DNA of 64,000 bases from an uncultured Gammaproteobacteria bacterium. GTDB taxonomy: Bacteria; Patescibacteriota; Microgenomatia; UBA10105; UBA927. Shown in pieces: positions 21,118-30,436 of this stretch. The position numbers and the translations under genes were made by a program. Under the pieces are notes generated by a model. That model was not told where the DNA came from and did no database searches. It was given only the letters and a program-made list of their open reading frames with translations. Each line of letters begins with the position of its first letter. Position 1 is the first letter of the stretch. The stretch is from the NCBI GenBank assembly GCA_964629685.1, contig CAZVTT010000002.1, forward strand, positions 51,468 to 115,467, in the 5' to 3' direction.

Positions 21118-21308
21118 TGAAAAAACGATTAGTCAGACCACGCAAAGGCCGTATGGTAGCAGGGGTTTGTCTGGCAGTGGCGGATTATTTTTCGGTTGAT
21201 CCCACAATCGTGCGTTTAGTTTGGGCATTCCTCTTGCTTCCGGGAGGTTTGCCGGGATTTATACCGTACGTACTGTGTTGGATTATTATCCCTGAGGAAC
21301 GGTCATAG
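21118..21308 (+). CDS. PspC-domain protein
   Basis: MKKRLVRPRKGRMVAGVCLAVADYFSVDPTIVRL (PspC N-domain); 3' end overlaps the convergent kinase gene. Confidence 0.7.
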
Positions 21309-22566
21309 AGCCATCGCGGGGGGCGAGCGGTAATAAGAGTTTAAACGAGGAGCCGACGCCCGGTTCACTTTTTTCCAAAACCAGGTCACCTTTCATAAGT
21401 AATGCCAATTTTTTGGCAATATAAAGTCCAAGTCCCGTACTCTTGGTAGTTGCCATTGATCGGGATGCGCCGATCTGTTGAAATTTGCGGAAAAGTAACC
21501 TGTGATTTTCTTCTGCAATGCCGTTCCCGGTATCGCTTACTATTGTGGCCACAAATGAGCCTTCAATTTTATGAGTGACTTCTATTCCGCCCTGATGTGT
21601 GTATTTAATGCCGTTACTTATCAGATTGGTAAGTATTTCCTGAGTTTTGTCCCGATCACCCATAACTTTGGGAATCAGTTCGGTAATCGTATGATTTATA
21701 TACAGTTTATGTTCCTTGGCTTGAATTTCCGATTTGCCGATAACTTCTTTTACTAAGAGCGATAGGTCGAACGGTTCGCGTTTTAGTTCAATGCGGCCTT
21801 GTTCTATGCGCGATACGCTGAGATAGTCGTTTACGAGCAGCATCAGATGAGCGGTGTATTCCAGGGTCTCTTTCAGCATTTCCCGGGCTTTGTCCTTTTG
21901 TAGCGTATCAAAATCGTTAACCACTAAGGAAAGCACGGCCTGAATTGTGGTAAGCGGAGAACGAAGTTCGTGTGCGGCTGCGGAAAAGAAGGCTTTCTCT
22001 TCCTCAATATCTTTAAATTCCTGGGTACCATCCCGCAGAATTAATACGATGGAACTTGTTCCGTCAGGGTTTTTTAGTGGAGTTACCGTACCGCTAAAGG
22101 GTACTTTGGTTGTTCTGTTGGTCACAAACGTCCATTTTGGAAATGTGGCTAAGTGTCCCAGTAATCCTGCCTGGATTGCATCGAACTCAGGTTCTCCTTT
22201 TTGGTTTGTAAACTGAAGGACGTCGCGATATTGTTTTTTTAAGGTGTCAACGCGGTACAATCCCGTTAATTTTTCTGCTGCCGGGTTAAATAAAGAAATT
22301 ATTCCGGACTGATCAAGTACGATGACTGCTTGTTCAATATCCCGAATAACCGTTCCCGATAGTATCTGTTCGCGGTCAGTCTGTTGTAGTGCGTCCAGAT
22401 TTTTCTGGGCCATTTTTAGTTGTGCCTCCAATTGTACGATAGTTAACGAAGATTGTTCCTGCTTTTTTTCGAGTTGGGTTGCTCGGGCAAAATGGAAAAT
22501 TACACCGGCCACAAGAACGGCGATAAGCACTACAAACAGAATGATCAGTACGGCAATAACGGTCAT
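21286..22566 (-). CDS. sensor histidine kinase (TM + PAS + HisKA + HATPase_c)
   Basis: H-box AAAHELRSPLTTIQ; N/G boxes (NLISNGIKYT; DTGNGI; GLGLYIAKK); N-terminal TM helix. No adjacent response regulator. Confidence 0.85.
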   Translation of the reverse strand: MTVIAVLIILFVVLIAVLVAGVIFHFARATQLEKKQEQSSLTIVQLEAQLKMAQKNLDALQQTDREQILSGTVIRDIEQAVIVLDQSGIISLFNPAAEKLTGLYRVDTLKKQYRDVLQFTNQKGEPEFDAIQAGLLGHLATFPKWTFVTNRTTKVPFSGTVTPLKNPDGTSSIVLILRDGTQEFKDIEEEKAFFSAAAHELRSPLTTIQAVLSLVVNDFDTLQKDKAREMLKETLEYTAHLMLLVNDYLSVSRIEQGRIELKREPFDLSLLVKEVIGKSEIQAKEHKLYINHTITELIPKVMGDRDKTQEILTNLISNGIKYTHQGGIEVTHKIEGSFVATIVSDTGNGIAEENHRLLFRKFQQIGASRSMATTKSTGLGLYIAKKLALLMKGDLVLEKSEPGVGSSFKLLLPLAPRDGSMTVPQG

Positions 22567-22593
22567 TATATTTATGGTATCACGGTTTTCGTT

Positions 22594-22926
22594 TTACTGT
22601 CGGGGGTGCGTGGGGAAGGTGTATAAGACAGTATCAAAGTCAACTATTTTACCGTGAAGTACCTGAACTCCTTCAGCGGAAAGTAAACCGATTTTTTTCT
22701 GTATTTCCTGTCCATCGGTTTTTCCCATAAATCCGCCTAGTTTGCCGGTGGATGAAACTACGCGATGACACGGTACATCCGGCGCATATGGGTTTTTTCG
22801 CATTGCTTGTCCGACTGCTCTATATGCTGTCGTACCCGCCGCATGGGCTAGTTCCTTATACGTTGTTACTTTTCCCCGGGGTACCGTTTTTAGCAATGTG
22901 TACAATGTTTGATCAAGATTGGTCAT
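22594..22926 (-). CDS. ogt: methylated-DNA-protein-cysteine methyltransferase (DNA-binding/catalytic domain)
   Basis: Active-site PCHRVV motif; 110 aa. Confidence 0.8.
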   Translation of the reverse strand: MTNLDQTLYTLLKTVPRGKVTTYKELAHAAGTTAYRAVGQAMRKNPYAPDVPCHRVVSSTGKLGGFMGKTDGQEIQKKIGLLSAEGVQVLHGKIVDFDTVLYTFPTHPRQ

Positions 22927-22967
22927 ACGCTTATTTTATCCTGATTTTGTGATTTATAATACCCCTA

Positions 22968-23534
22968 GTGGAAACGTTTCGTCACAAAATACATGTACGT
23001 AAAAATATAATAAAACGTCGCCGGGAATTGCCGGTAACGGACCGGCGTGCTGCCGGGTCGGTTATAGCTGATTCGTTATATCTACGTCCCGAATATGCTG
23101 CTGCGGGAACTATTTGTCTTTACGTCTCCATGGCGGAGGAAGTAGATACGACTAACATTTTACGTACCAGTTTGGGTACCAAGCGGGTTGTTGCTCCCAG
23201 AGTCGGTACGGATGGAAATTTGGTACTTCATTTAGTTACTGCTCCGGAACGCTTAGTACATGGGATGTTCGGTATATTGGAACCGGACGGGGAAAGTGAA
23301 ACAGTTTCGCCTGAAGCAGTAGATACGTTTATCGTGCCGGGTGTAGCATTTGACCGACTGGGAGGTCGGATAGGATACGGGCATGGATACTACGACAGAA
23401 TGCTGGAAAAAATTTCGGTACCGGTTATTGCTTTGGCGTTTGCAGCCCAAATCGTACCGGATACGTATGCTGAGCCTCATGATGTTCCGGTGGACTTAAT
23501 CATTACCGAGAAAGAAGTCATTGAAATATGTTAA
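22968..23534 (+). CDS. 5-formyltetrahydrofolate cyclo-ligase
   Basis: GYGHGYYDRML signature; sits beside thyA-folA as a folate cluster. Confidence 0.8.
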   Translation: METFRHKIHVRKNIIKRRRELPVTDRRAAGSVIADSLYLRPEYAAAGTICLYVSMAEEVDTTNILRTSLGTKRVVAPRVGTDGNLVLHLVTAPERLVHGMFGILEPDGESETVSPEAVDTFIVPGVAFDRLGGRIGYGHGYYDRMLEKISVPVIALAFAAQIVPDTYAEPHDVPVDLIITEKEVIEIC

Positions 23535-23579
23535 GCAATCTATGTAGTATGGAGTACGTAGAACGAAGGAGGTTCATAT

Positions 23580-24575
23580 ATGGCAAGGCCAAAAAAAGTT
23601 GATCATTCCCATCCGGAGTACCAGTACCTGGATCTGATGCAGGATATTATGGACAACGGCACCTGGAAGGTAAGTCATTCCACCGGTGTCAGACTAAAAA
23701 GTGTGTTTGGTCGGATCTGCCGATATGATCTTTCACAGGGTTTCCCGTTATTAACCACCAAAAAAGTATTCGTGCGGGGTATACTCCATGAATTGCTCTG
23801 GTTCCTTTCCGGTAACAGTAACATTAAATATCTGGTAGATAATAACGTGCATATTTGGGATGAATGGGCCTTCATGAAATATGAGTGGGCAGTTAAAGCC
23901 AAACAAGCGGAACCTATGACATTCGAAGCGTTTATGGAGCGTGCAAAAACGGATCCCAAATTTTTGGAAGTGTGGGGAGAGCTCGGTCCGGTTTACGGCG
24001 TACAGTGGCGTAAATGGCCGGCATACGTAAAGGAGACGGTCGGGAAACCTGCACTTCGGGAGAAAACGATTGATCAATTGGGTTGGGCTATAGAAAAAAT
24101 AAAGAAATACCCGATGAAGAAGCATTACATAATTTCCGCCTGGAATGCGGGCTGTATATATGAAATGTCCGGGAGTCACTCGGCTTCCATGGTGATTGCG
24201 CCGTGCCATACCATGTTCCATATCAATATTACGGGTGATAAGTTATCGCTTTTGCTGTACCAACGCAGTGCTGACTTATTTCTCGGGGTACCCTTTAATA
24301 TTGCGTCATATGCATTGCTGACGATGATGTTGGCGCAGGTTACCGGGTATAAGCCGGGGGATTTCGTGCACGTTTTCGGAGATGTGCATATTTACGAGAA
24401 TCATTTTGAACAGTGTAAAGAACAATTGGCCAGGATTCCGAGAGCATTTCCGACAATTCACATCAATCCGGATAAAAAGAATATAGATGATTTTGTATTC
24501 GAGGATTTTGCAGTAGAGCATTACGATCCGTATCCGCCGATTAAAGGGGATATAACCGTCGTAGGCGGATTTTAA
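23580..24575 (+). CDS. thyA: thymidylate synthase (long form)
   Basis: LLWFLSGNSN; catalytic Cys in APCHTMFH; QRSADLFLGVPFNIASYALLT. Confidence 0.95.
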   Translation: MARPKKVDHSHPEYQYLDLMQDIMDNGTWKVSHSTGVRLKSVFGRICRYDLSQGFPLLTTKKVFVRGILHELLWFLSGNSNIKYLVDNNVHIWDEWAFMKYEWAVKAKQAEPMTFEAFMERAKTDPKFLEVWGELGPVYGVQWRKWPAYVKETVGKPALREKTIDQLGWAIEKIKKYPMKKHYIISAWNAGCIYEMSGSHSASMVIAPCHTMFHINITGDKLSLLLYQRSADLFLGVPFNIASYALLTMMLAQVTGYKPGDFVHVFGDVHIYENHFEQCKEQLARIPRAFPTIHINPDKKNIDDFVFEDFAVEHYDPYPPIKGDITVVGGF

Positions 24576-24581
24576 GGATTC

Positions 24582-25076
24582 ATGAAATCAAAACTATCGC
24601 TGATTGCCGTGGTCGGAAAACATCGTGAGTTAGGTAAAGACAACCACTTGCTTTGGAAAATACCGGGGGATTTACCGAGGTTTAAAAAAATTACCTACGG
24701 ACACCCGGTAATCATGGGACGTAAAACGCATTCCACATTTCAATACAACGGTGGTCCGCTACCCGGAAGAACCAACATCGTTATCACCAGAAATCCGGAA
24801 TTTCATCCGGAGGGGTTTATAGCGGCACACTCGTTACCGGAAGCTATAGAAATAGCTGAAGGTTCACCGGGTAACGAAGAAATATTTATCATCGGCGGGG
24901 GAGAAATATACCGGCAGGCCATTGAACAGGCCGATCGTTTATATCTCACCGAAGTACAGGCTACCGCAGATGCAGATACGTTTTTCCCGGAATATTCCGT
25001 TTTTACTAATGTCATTTCGGAAGAACGGCCGGCGGCAACGGAAGTTCCGTTTCGCTATGTGGTGTTGGAACGGTAG
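24582..25076 (+). CDS. folA: dihydrofolate reductase
   Basis: LIAVVGKHRELGKDNHLLWKIPGDLPRFKKITYGHPVIMGRKTH; 164 aa. Confidence 0.9.
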   Translation: MKSKLSLIAVVGKHRELGKDNHLLWKIPGDLPRFKKITYGHPVIMGRKTHSTFQYNGGPLPGRTNIVITRNPEFHPEGFIAAHSLPEAIEIAEGSPGNEEIFIIGGGEIYRQAIEQADRLYLTEVQATADADTFFPEYSVFTNVISEERPAATEVPFRYVVLER

Positions 25077-25188
25077 TACTACTTCATCCGACTTCCCGGA
25101 AGCAATACATCATCGTTACATACTGACAGGTATTTAGCCTGCCATTAGGATGGCTAGTATTCGTATAAGAATTTATTTCAAGGAACGT

Positions 25189-25977
25189 ATGAAAAAAGAT
25201 ACTCTCGCCATTCTGTTTTTAGTTGTACTGGAATTTGCTTTAATTTTTGTCCCCAATCCGCTTAAACCTCTACCGGTAACACCGGCCGCCCATTCAACCG
25301 TTTCACATTGGAGCTATGAAGGAACTACCGGTCCGGCACATTGGGGAGATATTAGTGAGGAGTATCAGACATGCAAAACCGGAACGATGCAAACTCCGAT
25401 AAACATAGATGCCTCAAATGTGATGCCTGCGTCTACGAAAGATTTTAATTTTGGCTATAAACCCAGCCCGTTACATGTTGTTAATAATGGGCATACGATT
25501 CAGGTAAACTATGCGCCGGGAAGTTTTGTAACCTTTAACGGCGGCAAGTATCAGTTAGTTCAGTTCCATTTTCATGTTCCGTCGGAACATACAATAAACG
25601 GAAAAGCCTGGCCGATGAATGTGCATCTGGTGCACAAAGACGATGCAGGTAAACTGTTAGTGGTAGAAGTATTGTTCAATGCCGGAAATAAAAATGAAGA
25701 GCTGGCCAAAATTTTCAGCCTGATGCCGAAAGACGAAGGGGAAGTAAAGGACGAGCATATACTGGTAGATGCGACCAAGCTGTTACCGGCTAAAATTTCT
25801 TATTTCCATTATGACGGTTCACTCACGACACCACCGTGTACGGAAGGTGTTTCCTGGTTTGTGATGAAACAGGCAATAGACGTGGCCGGGAGTGATATAG
25901 AGAATTTTAAATCCATATATCCCATGAATGCCCGTCCCGTTCAGCCGGTCGGAGGACGTGTAATTGAATCATTGTAA
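25189..25977 (+). CDS. alpha-class carbonic anhydrase, secreted
   Basis: Signal peptide; HWSYEG, QTPINID, zinc-ligand His triad (QFHFHVPSEH), SLTTPPCTEGVSWFV. Confidence 0.9.
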   Translation: MKKDTLAILFLVVLEFALIFVPNPLKPLPVTPAAHSTVSHWSYEGTTGPAHWGDISEEYQTCKTGTMQTPINIDASNVMPASTKDFNFGYKPSPLHVVNNGHTIQVNYAPGSFVTFNGGKYQLVQFHFHVPSEHTINGKAWPMNVHLVHKDDAGKLLVVEVLFNAGNKNEELAKIFSLMPKDEGEVKDEHILVDATKLLPAKISYFHYDGSLTTPPCTEGVSWFVMKQAIDVAGSDIENFKSIYPMNARPVQPVGGRVIESL

Positions 25978-25997
25978 AACGGTAGCGTATACATCGT

Positions 25998-27635
25998 GTG
26001 TGGGCGATAGTTTCGTCAGTTGTTCCTCTCACAACGGTAAATAGACTAACCGCCACTGATTCATGGCAGTGTAGTATTATAGTTTTACCTATGGTTGAAA
26101 GCGAAAGTACTGAACTCCCACGGCAGGAGTCCTCTGAACTTATTCTCGCCAGGTCACACGGAGCGTTTTACCGTGAGATGATTCATGGATTACTGCCGGA
26201 TTCTACTGACTCTACGGCAAAAACGCTACAGTTGGAAACGGCTATCTCAAAGTTACCTACACATCTACAACCATTGTATCGGCGAGGTGTCCATGTCCTG
26301 CAAACCGAACTACGTCATCAACAATCATGGTTATCCGAACACGCTGCAACACCGGTAGTGGACATGATGGATGCTGTTTTGGCGCAGGAAGCAGCGGAAC
26401 CACAACTCATAGAGCGGATAAAAACCGAATTTGCCGCAAAAGGAGAATATCATGAGGTATTCCCGGGAATTCCGGCAATTATAGTTCCTGCCGAAACATA
26501 TGTGACGTTAAGAGAATTAGGCGGCGTACTTGGTGCCAGTTCTGCCGTAGCATTCTTGGGAGATGAGCGTGAAGAAGTTACCTTTATGGTCGTTCGCCGG
26601 GGGATGAAAAACGGAGAAATAAATGAAGCTAAGCTGCAGCACGAAGCGCATCATATCGTTTGGCGGATGTTAAAACGCGGCGGGTTTATCCGTCCGCCGG
26701 AATACGCGGACCCGAAAATGGCGGAAGCATTTGAAAAAATGCGCGATGAATTAACTGCGTATATTGTTGAGCAGGGACAAAACGTAAATATAAAAGTTGT
26801 AGAGCCGGAATTATTAACGTATAGCCAGGATCAGGATACATTGAATCGAGCGCGTGATTCACGGGATCGACTCCATGTAATAACCGAACTAATCAAGTTG
26901 TCCGGTACCTCACCGGATATATTACTTTATCCTATCGCCTCATCAGTTTCGTTAGAGGATATGGAAGCGAAGGCAAAGTCCCTGCTTTTAGAATTACCCA
27001 GATCTGGAGACAGTATTATCGCACCAATCTATGGATTCTGGCAGTCAGATGTAGTAGTAGATAGAAAAACCTGGACTAAGCAAAGACAGGAGCGGACTAC
27101 ACCAATACTCAGAGAATATATGGCGGGTAATCCCGATATTTCGGCGGAGTCGTTTGAAGAGGCGTTTATCGGAATGTATGCGACGGAACAGTTAACCGAT
27201 ATTGCAAGGGTTCAGGAGCATATAGCGGATTTTACGCAGTTTGCGGAAGATGTTAGCGGAGTCCAAATAGATCTCCCTGCAAGGGTAAAGCAGTGGGTAG
27301 AAAGTCAATTTCCTTTTGCAGAGAGTACAAGGAATTTTTTAACACAACAAGTATTAGCCGGAGACGTTCCGGCTTTTATTCCTTTTCATACTCAGGATAG
27401 CACTGGTTTTGCAAGGAGTTTGGTACGTTCAGTTGGTTGGAGTATGGATAAACCGGGTGTGATAGACACGTTTAAAGCTATTCGTCGTAACTGTCCCGAT
27501 GTTGCTGCAGAGATAGTGCGAAATCGGGAAGAGGTATTACAACAGCTTCAGATAGACATGTCCCGTGAGATGGGAGATGTAACCGCACATGGAAGAATTG
27601 TACAGCTTGCTGCTGTTTTACAGGATATTACATAA
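25998..27635 (+). CDS. hypothetical protein (start uncertain; possible ATG at 26092)
   Basis: 545-aa ORF with no recognised motif; its stop overlaps the msrB start (ATAATG). Confidence 0.55.
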   Translation: MWAIVSSVVPLTTVNRLTATDSWQCSIIVLPMVESESTELPRQESSELILARSHGAFYREMIHGLLPDSTDSTAKTLQLETAISKLPTHLQPLYRRGVHVLQTELRHQQSWLSEHAATPVVDMMDAVLAQEAAEPQLIERIKTEFAAKGEYHEVFPGIPAIIVPAETYVTLRELGGVLGASSAVAFLGDEREEVTFMVVRRGMKNGEINEAKLQHEAHHIVWRMLKRGGFIRPPEYADPKMAEAFEKMRDELTAYIVEQGQNVNIKVVEPELLTYSQDQDTLNRARDSRDRLHVITELIKLSGTSPDILLYPIASSVSLEDMEAKAKSLLLELPRSGDSIIAPIYGFWQSDVVVDRKTWTKQRQERTTPILREYMAGNPDISAESFEEAFIGMYATEQLTDIARVQEHIADFTQFAEDVSGVQIDLPARVKQWVESQFPFAESTRNFLTQQVLAGDVPAFIPFHTQDSTGFARSLVRSVGWSMDKPGVIDTFKAIRRNCPDVAAEIVRNREEVLQQLQIDMSREMGDVTAHGRIVQLAAVLQDIT

Positions 27636-28186
27636 TGCGTACCAGACAGTATCACTATATATCTATCGTGATTTTTATTGCGATCATTATCTGTGTTGTA
27701 GGATTATGGTTGAGCTTCGTTACGCTTAACCGAAAAATTCCGCCAGTAGAGTCGCTTACCAGAACTCATATTATCTCCGGAAATTTTGATCAGGCAAAAG
27801 TGAAAACGGAAGCGGAATGGAAAGCACTGTTAACTCCGGAGCAGTATCACATTTTACGGGAAGCGGGGACGGAAATACCGTTTTCCGGTGCACTCCTTGG
27901 GGAAAAAAGGAAGGGCACATACGTTAGCGTCGGGTGTGAACAGCCGGTTTTCCGATCAGAACAGAAATTTGAATCCGGTACCGGGTGGCCCAGTTTTTGG
28001 GCACCAATACATGAGAATGCGGTTGTACTGCGGGAAGACACCAGTTTGGGGACAACACGGGTAGAAGTGCTGGATATGTGTGGCGGACATTTGGGTCATG
28101 TATTTGATGACGGTCCGGAACCTACCGGGAAACGGTATTGTATGAATTCTGCAGCACTCAGGTTTATTCCTGATGAGGGAGAGTAG
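27635..28186 (+). CDS. msrB: peptide-methionine (R)-S-oxide reductase MsrB with N-terminal membrane anchor
   Basis: GTYVSVGCEQPVF; GWPSF; catalytic RYCMNSAAL; one N-terminal TM helix. Confidence 0.9.
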   Translation: MRTRQYHYISIVIFIAIIICVVGLWLSFVTLNRKIPPVESLTRTHIISGNFDQAKVKTEAEWKALLTPEQYHILREAGTEIPFSGALLGEKRKGTYVSVGCEQPVFRSEQKFESGTGWPSFWAPIHENAVVLREDTSLGTTRVEVLDMCGGHLGHVFDDGPEPTGKRYCMNSAALRFIPDEGE

Positions 28187-28232
28187 TCATGCATGATGTT
28201 GTGCAGTTTATTTGGTATGATATAACACACTC

Positions 28233-29297
28233 ATGCGTAAAGTTCCCGTTTGGTTTTTCCCCATCGTTATTTTAGTCTGTCTGATTATCCCATTAGTATT
28301 TTTTGTGAAGATCATTCTCCAAGATCGGTCAGCACAAAAACCTCAGACGCAATTACCTAACGCACAAATTTCCACAACTCCTACCCTCACGCCGTTTCCG
28401 TTTCAGGAAATGACTATCCCATATCTGCGAAAGCGCCAATATGTGAGCACCCTGGGATCTCGCCAGCACTCATATGAACGGGCTACCTATACCGCATATG
28501 TAACCAGTTATAATTCGGATGGATTAACCATAAACGGATTACTCACAGTTCCAAAAGGGGAAAAGCCTGCGGGTGGATATCCGGCAATCGTTTTTGTACA
28601 CGGCTATATTGCTCCATCCATATATAGAACCCTAGAGCGTTATGGTGATTACGTCGACTATTTGGCCAGGAATGGGTTTGTGGTTTTTAAAATTGATCTG
28701 CGCGGGCATGGTGATTCAGAAGGAACGCCCGGTGGAGGGTACTATTCATCGGACTATGTTGTAGACACCCTGAATGCATATGCAGCACTGCAGCGTTCAG
28801 ATTTTGTGGACGGCAATAAAATAGGTTTGTGGGGACACAGCATGGCGGGAAACATTCTCATGAGAAGCTTTGCTGTTAAACCGGAAATTCCGGCGGTCGT
28901 AATCTGGGCGGGTGCAGGGTATACGTATAAAGATTTGTTGGAATACAGATTAAATGATACGAGTTATCGCCCACCGCAGAATAACACGGAACGACAGCGC
29001 CTGAGACAACAGTTGTTTGATACACACGGACAGTTCGACGAGAAAAGTCCTTTTTGGAGTCAGGTTGCCGTAACACAATACTTACCGGATTTACGTGGTG
29101 CACTTTCGTTACATCATGCAGTAGATGACACAGTCGTCAGTATCGAATACAGCCGGAATTTAAAGACGTTGTTAGATCAGACAAGTGTTCCTCATGAATT
29201 ATTTGAATATGCGAATGGAGGACATAATATTACGGGGAGCGGCTGGGTTTCCGCGATGCAGCGCACGGTAGAGTTTTATAAAAAATATCTTCAGTAA
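28233..29297 (+). CDS. alpha/beta hydrolase (S9/dienelactone-hydrolase-like), membrane-anchored
   Basis: Nucleophile elbow GLWGHSMAGN (GxSxG); HGYI, DLRGHGDSEG; paralog of 45308-46366. Confidence 0.75.
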   Translation: MRKVPVWFFPIVILVCLIIPLVFFVKIILQDRSAQKPQTQLPNAQISTTPTLTPFPFQEMTIPYLRKRQYVSTLGSRQHSYERATYTAYVTSYNSDGLTINGLLTVPKGEKPAGGYPAIVFVHGYIAPSIYRTLERYGDYVDYLARNGFVVFKIDLRGHGDSEGTPGGGYYSSDYVVDTLNAYAALQRSDFVDGNKIGLWGHSMAGNILMRSFAVKPEIPAVVIWAGAGYTYKDLLEYRLNDTSYRPPQNNTERQRLRQQLFDTHGQFDEKSPFWSQVAVTQYLPDLRGALSLHHAVDDTVVSIEYSRNLKTLLDQTSVPHELFEYANGGHNITGSGWVSAMQRTVEFYKKYLQ

Positions 29298-29299
29298 TA

Positions 29300-30436
29300 T
29301 TATTGCTGCAGTTTCGCCAGGGCGGTTATCGCCGGCTTATACGCTGAATTGTACAACACCGCCTTTCGGTATTCCGCAATTGCCTGGGGAATGCGTTGTT
29401 GTTGTTCGTATGCCTGCCCCCGTATAAAGTACAGTTCCGAAAACGCCCGGTTCTGATTTTTCAGTACGCCGTCCGTAACTGCGAACAATGTGTCATATGC
29501 TCCGATTTCGTAATATGAGAGAATCGGTTCAATTTGATACCACAACATTCTGAAGGGGAGACGTGCTTCTATCTGTTCGAATTCTTTTACTGACTGCTGA
29601 TAATTACCGGTATGGTAATAGGCAACGGAAAGGTTAAACCTGGCATACACATCATCGGGGTTTACTGCTATTTCTTCCTGGGATAGCCGGACGGCAGCGT
29701 TCCAGGCAAATTTTTCATCGGTGTTAGTACCGAGAATGGCTTCAGCGATTTCTTGTTTTTCGCGAGGAACGAATACAACGTATTCGTAACTGAATTTTTT
29801 CCATAAGTCGATAAATAGGGTATAGGAATATCTCAAATTTTTCCCCTGTAGTGAGTCATCCTGAATAAACTCGCCGGTAGCATCATCGTACCCTTTAATG
29901 ACCCGGAAATGTCCGATATCGTCGTTCGGTTTAAGCCAGGTTCTGGTAACTACGGGCATGTCATGCGCTATGAATTGTTTTACTATCTCCAATGTCCCGT
30001 TGGGACGGTGGTAAGCCAGCAGATTATATTCCGGAGCGAGTCGGGCAAGTTCCGAAAGGGTTACGGATTTATCGTCATTGTCACCCTGTTTATTTTGATA
30101 CGGGCGAAGAAGTTCACCCAGTTTCTGTTGTGTTTCGTTAATGCCAAAGTATGAAAGTGCCATAGACATGGCTGCCGGACCGCAATTGTTAAAGGTTTGG
30201 AATACATGCGTACCGCCGGGCAATATTTTTTGTTCTGGCGGGGTAGGTAAGCGCAGGCCGGGTGTAGGTGTGGGTGTGGTAGCAGGAAAATGGCTGTCAG
30301 GTTTGCCTGAGTTTTCCGTAATAGTAAATACGGATTCAAGTGTAGACGCGCGCCGAGGGTGCAAACTAAAAAGTATGCCTATGCAGAATACGAGTAAACC
30401 TGCCCAGAATAATACAAATGGTGTTTTAAATTTCAT
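29300..30436 (-). CDS. secreted C39-like peptidase domain protein with TPR repeats
   Basis: N-terminal TM/signal; NNCGPAAMSMALSYFG (papain-like Cys motif); C-terminal TPR-like helices. Confidence 0.55.
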   Translation of the reverse strand: MKFKTPFVLFWAGLLVFCIGILFSLHPRRASTLESVFTITENSGKPDSHFPATTPTPTPGLRLPTPPEQKILPGGTHVFQTFNNCGPAAMSMALSYFGINETQQKLGELLRPYQNKQGDNDDKSVTLSELARLAPEYNLLAYHRPNGTLEIVKQFIAHDMPVVTRTWLKPNDDIGHFRVIKGYDDATGEFIQDDSLQGKNLRYSYTLFIDLWKKFSYEYVVFVPREKQEIAEAILGTNTDEKFAWNAAVRLSQEEIAVNPDDVYARFNLSVAYYHTGNYQQSVKEFEQIEARLPFRMLWYQIEPILSYYEIGAYDTLFAVTDGVLKNQNRAFSELYFIRGQAYEQQQRIPQAIAEYRKAVLYNSAYKPAITALAKLQQ

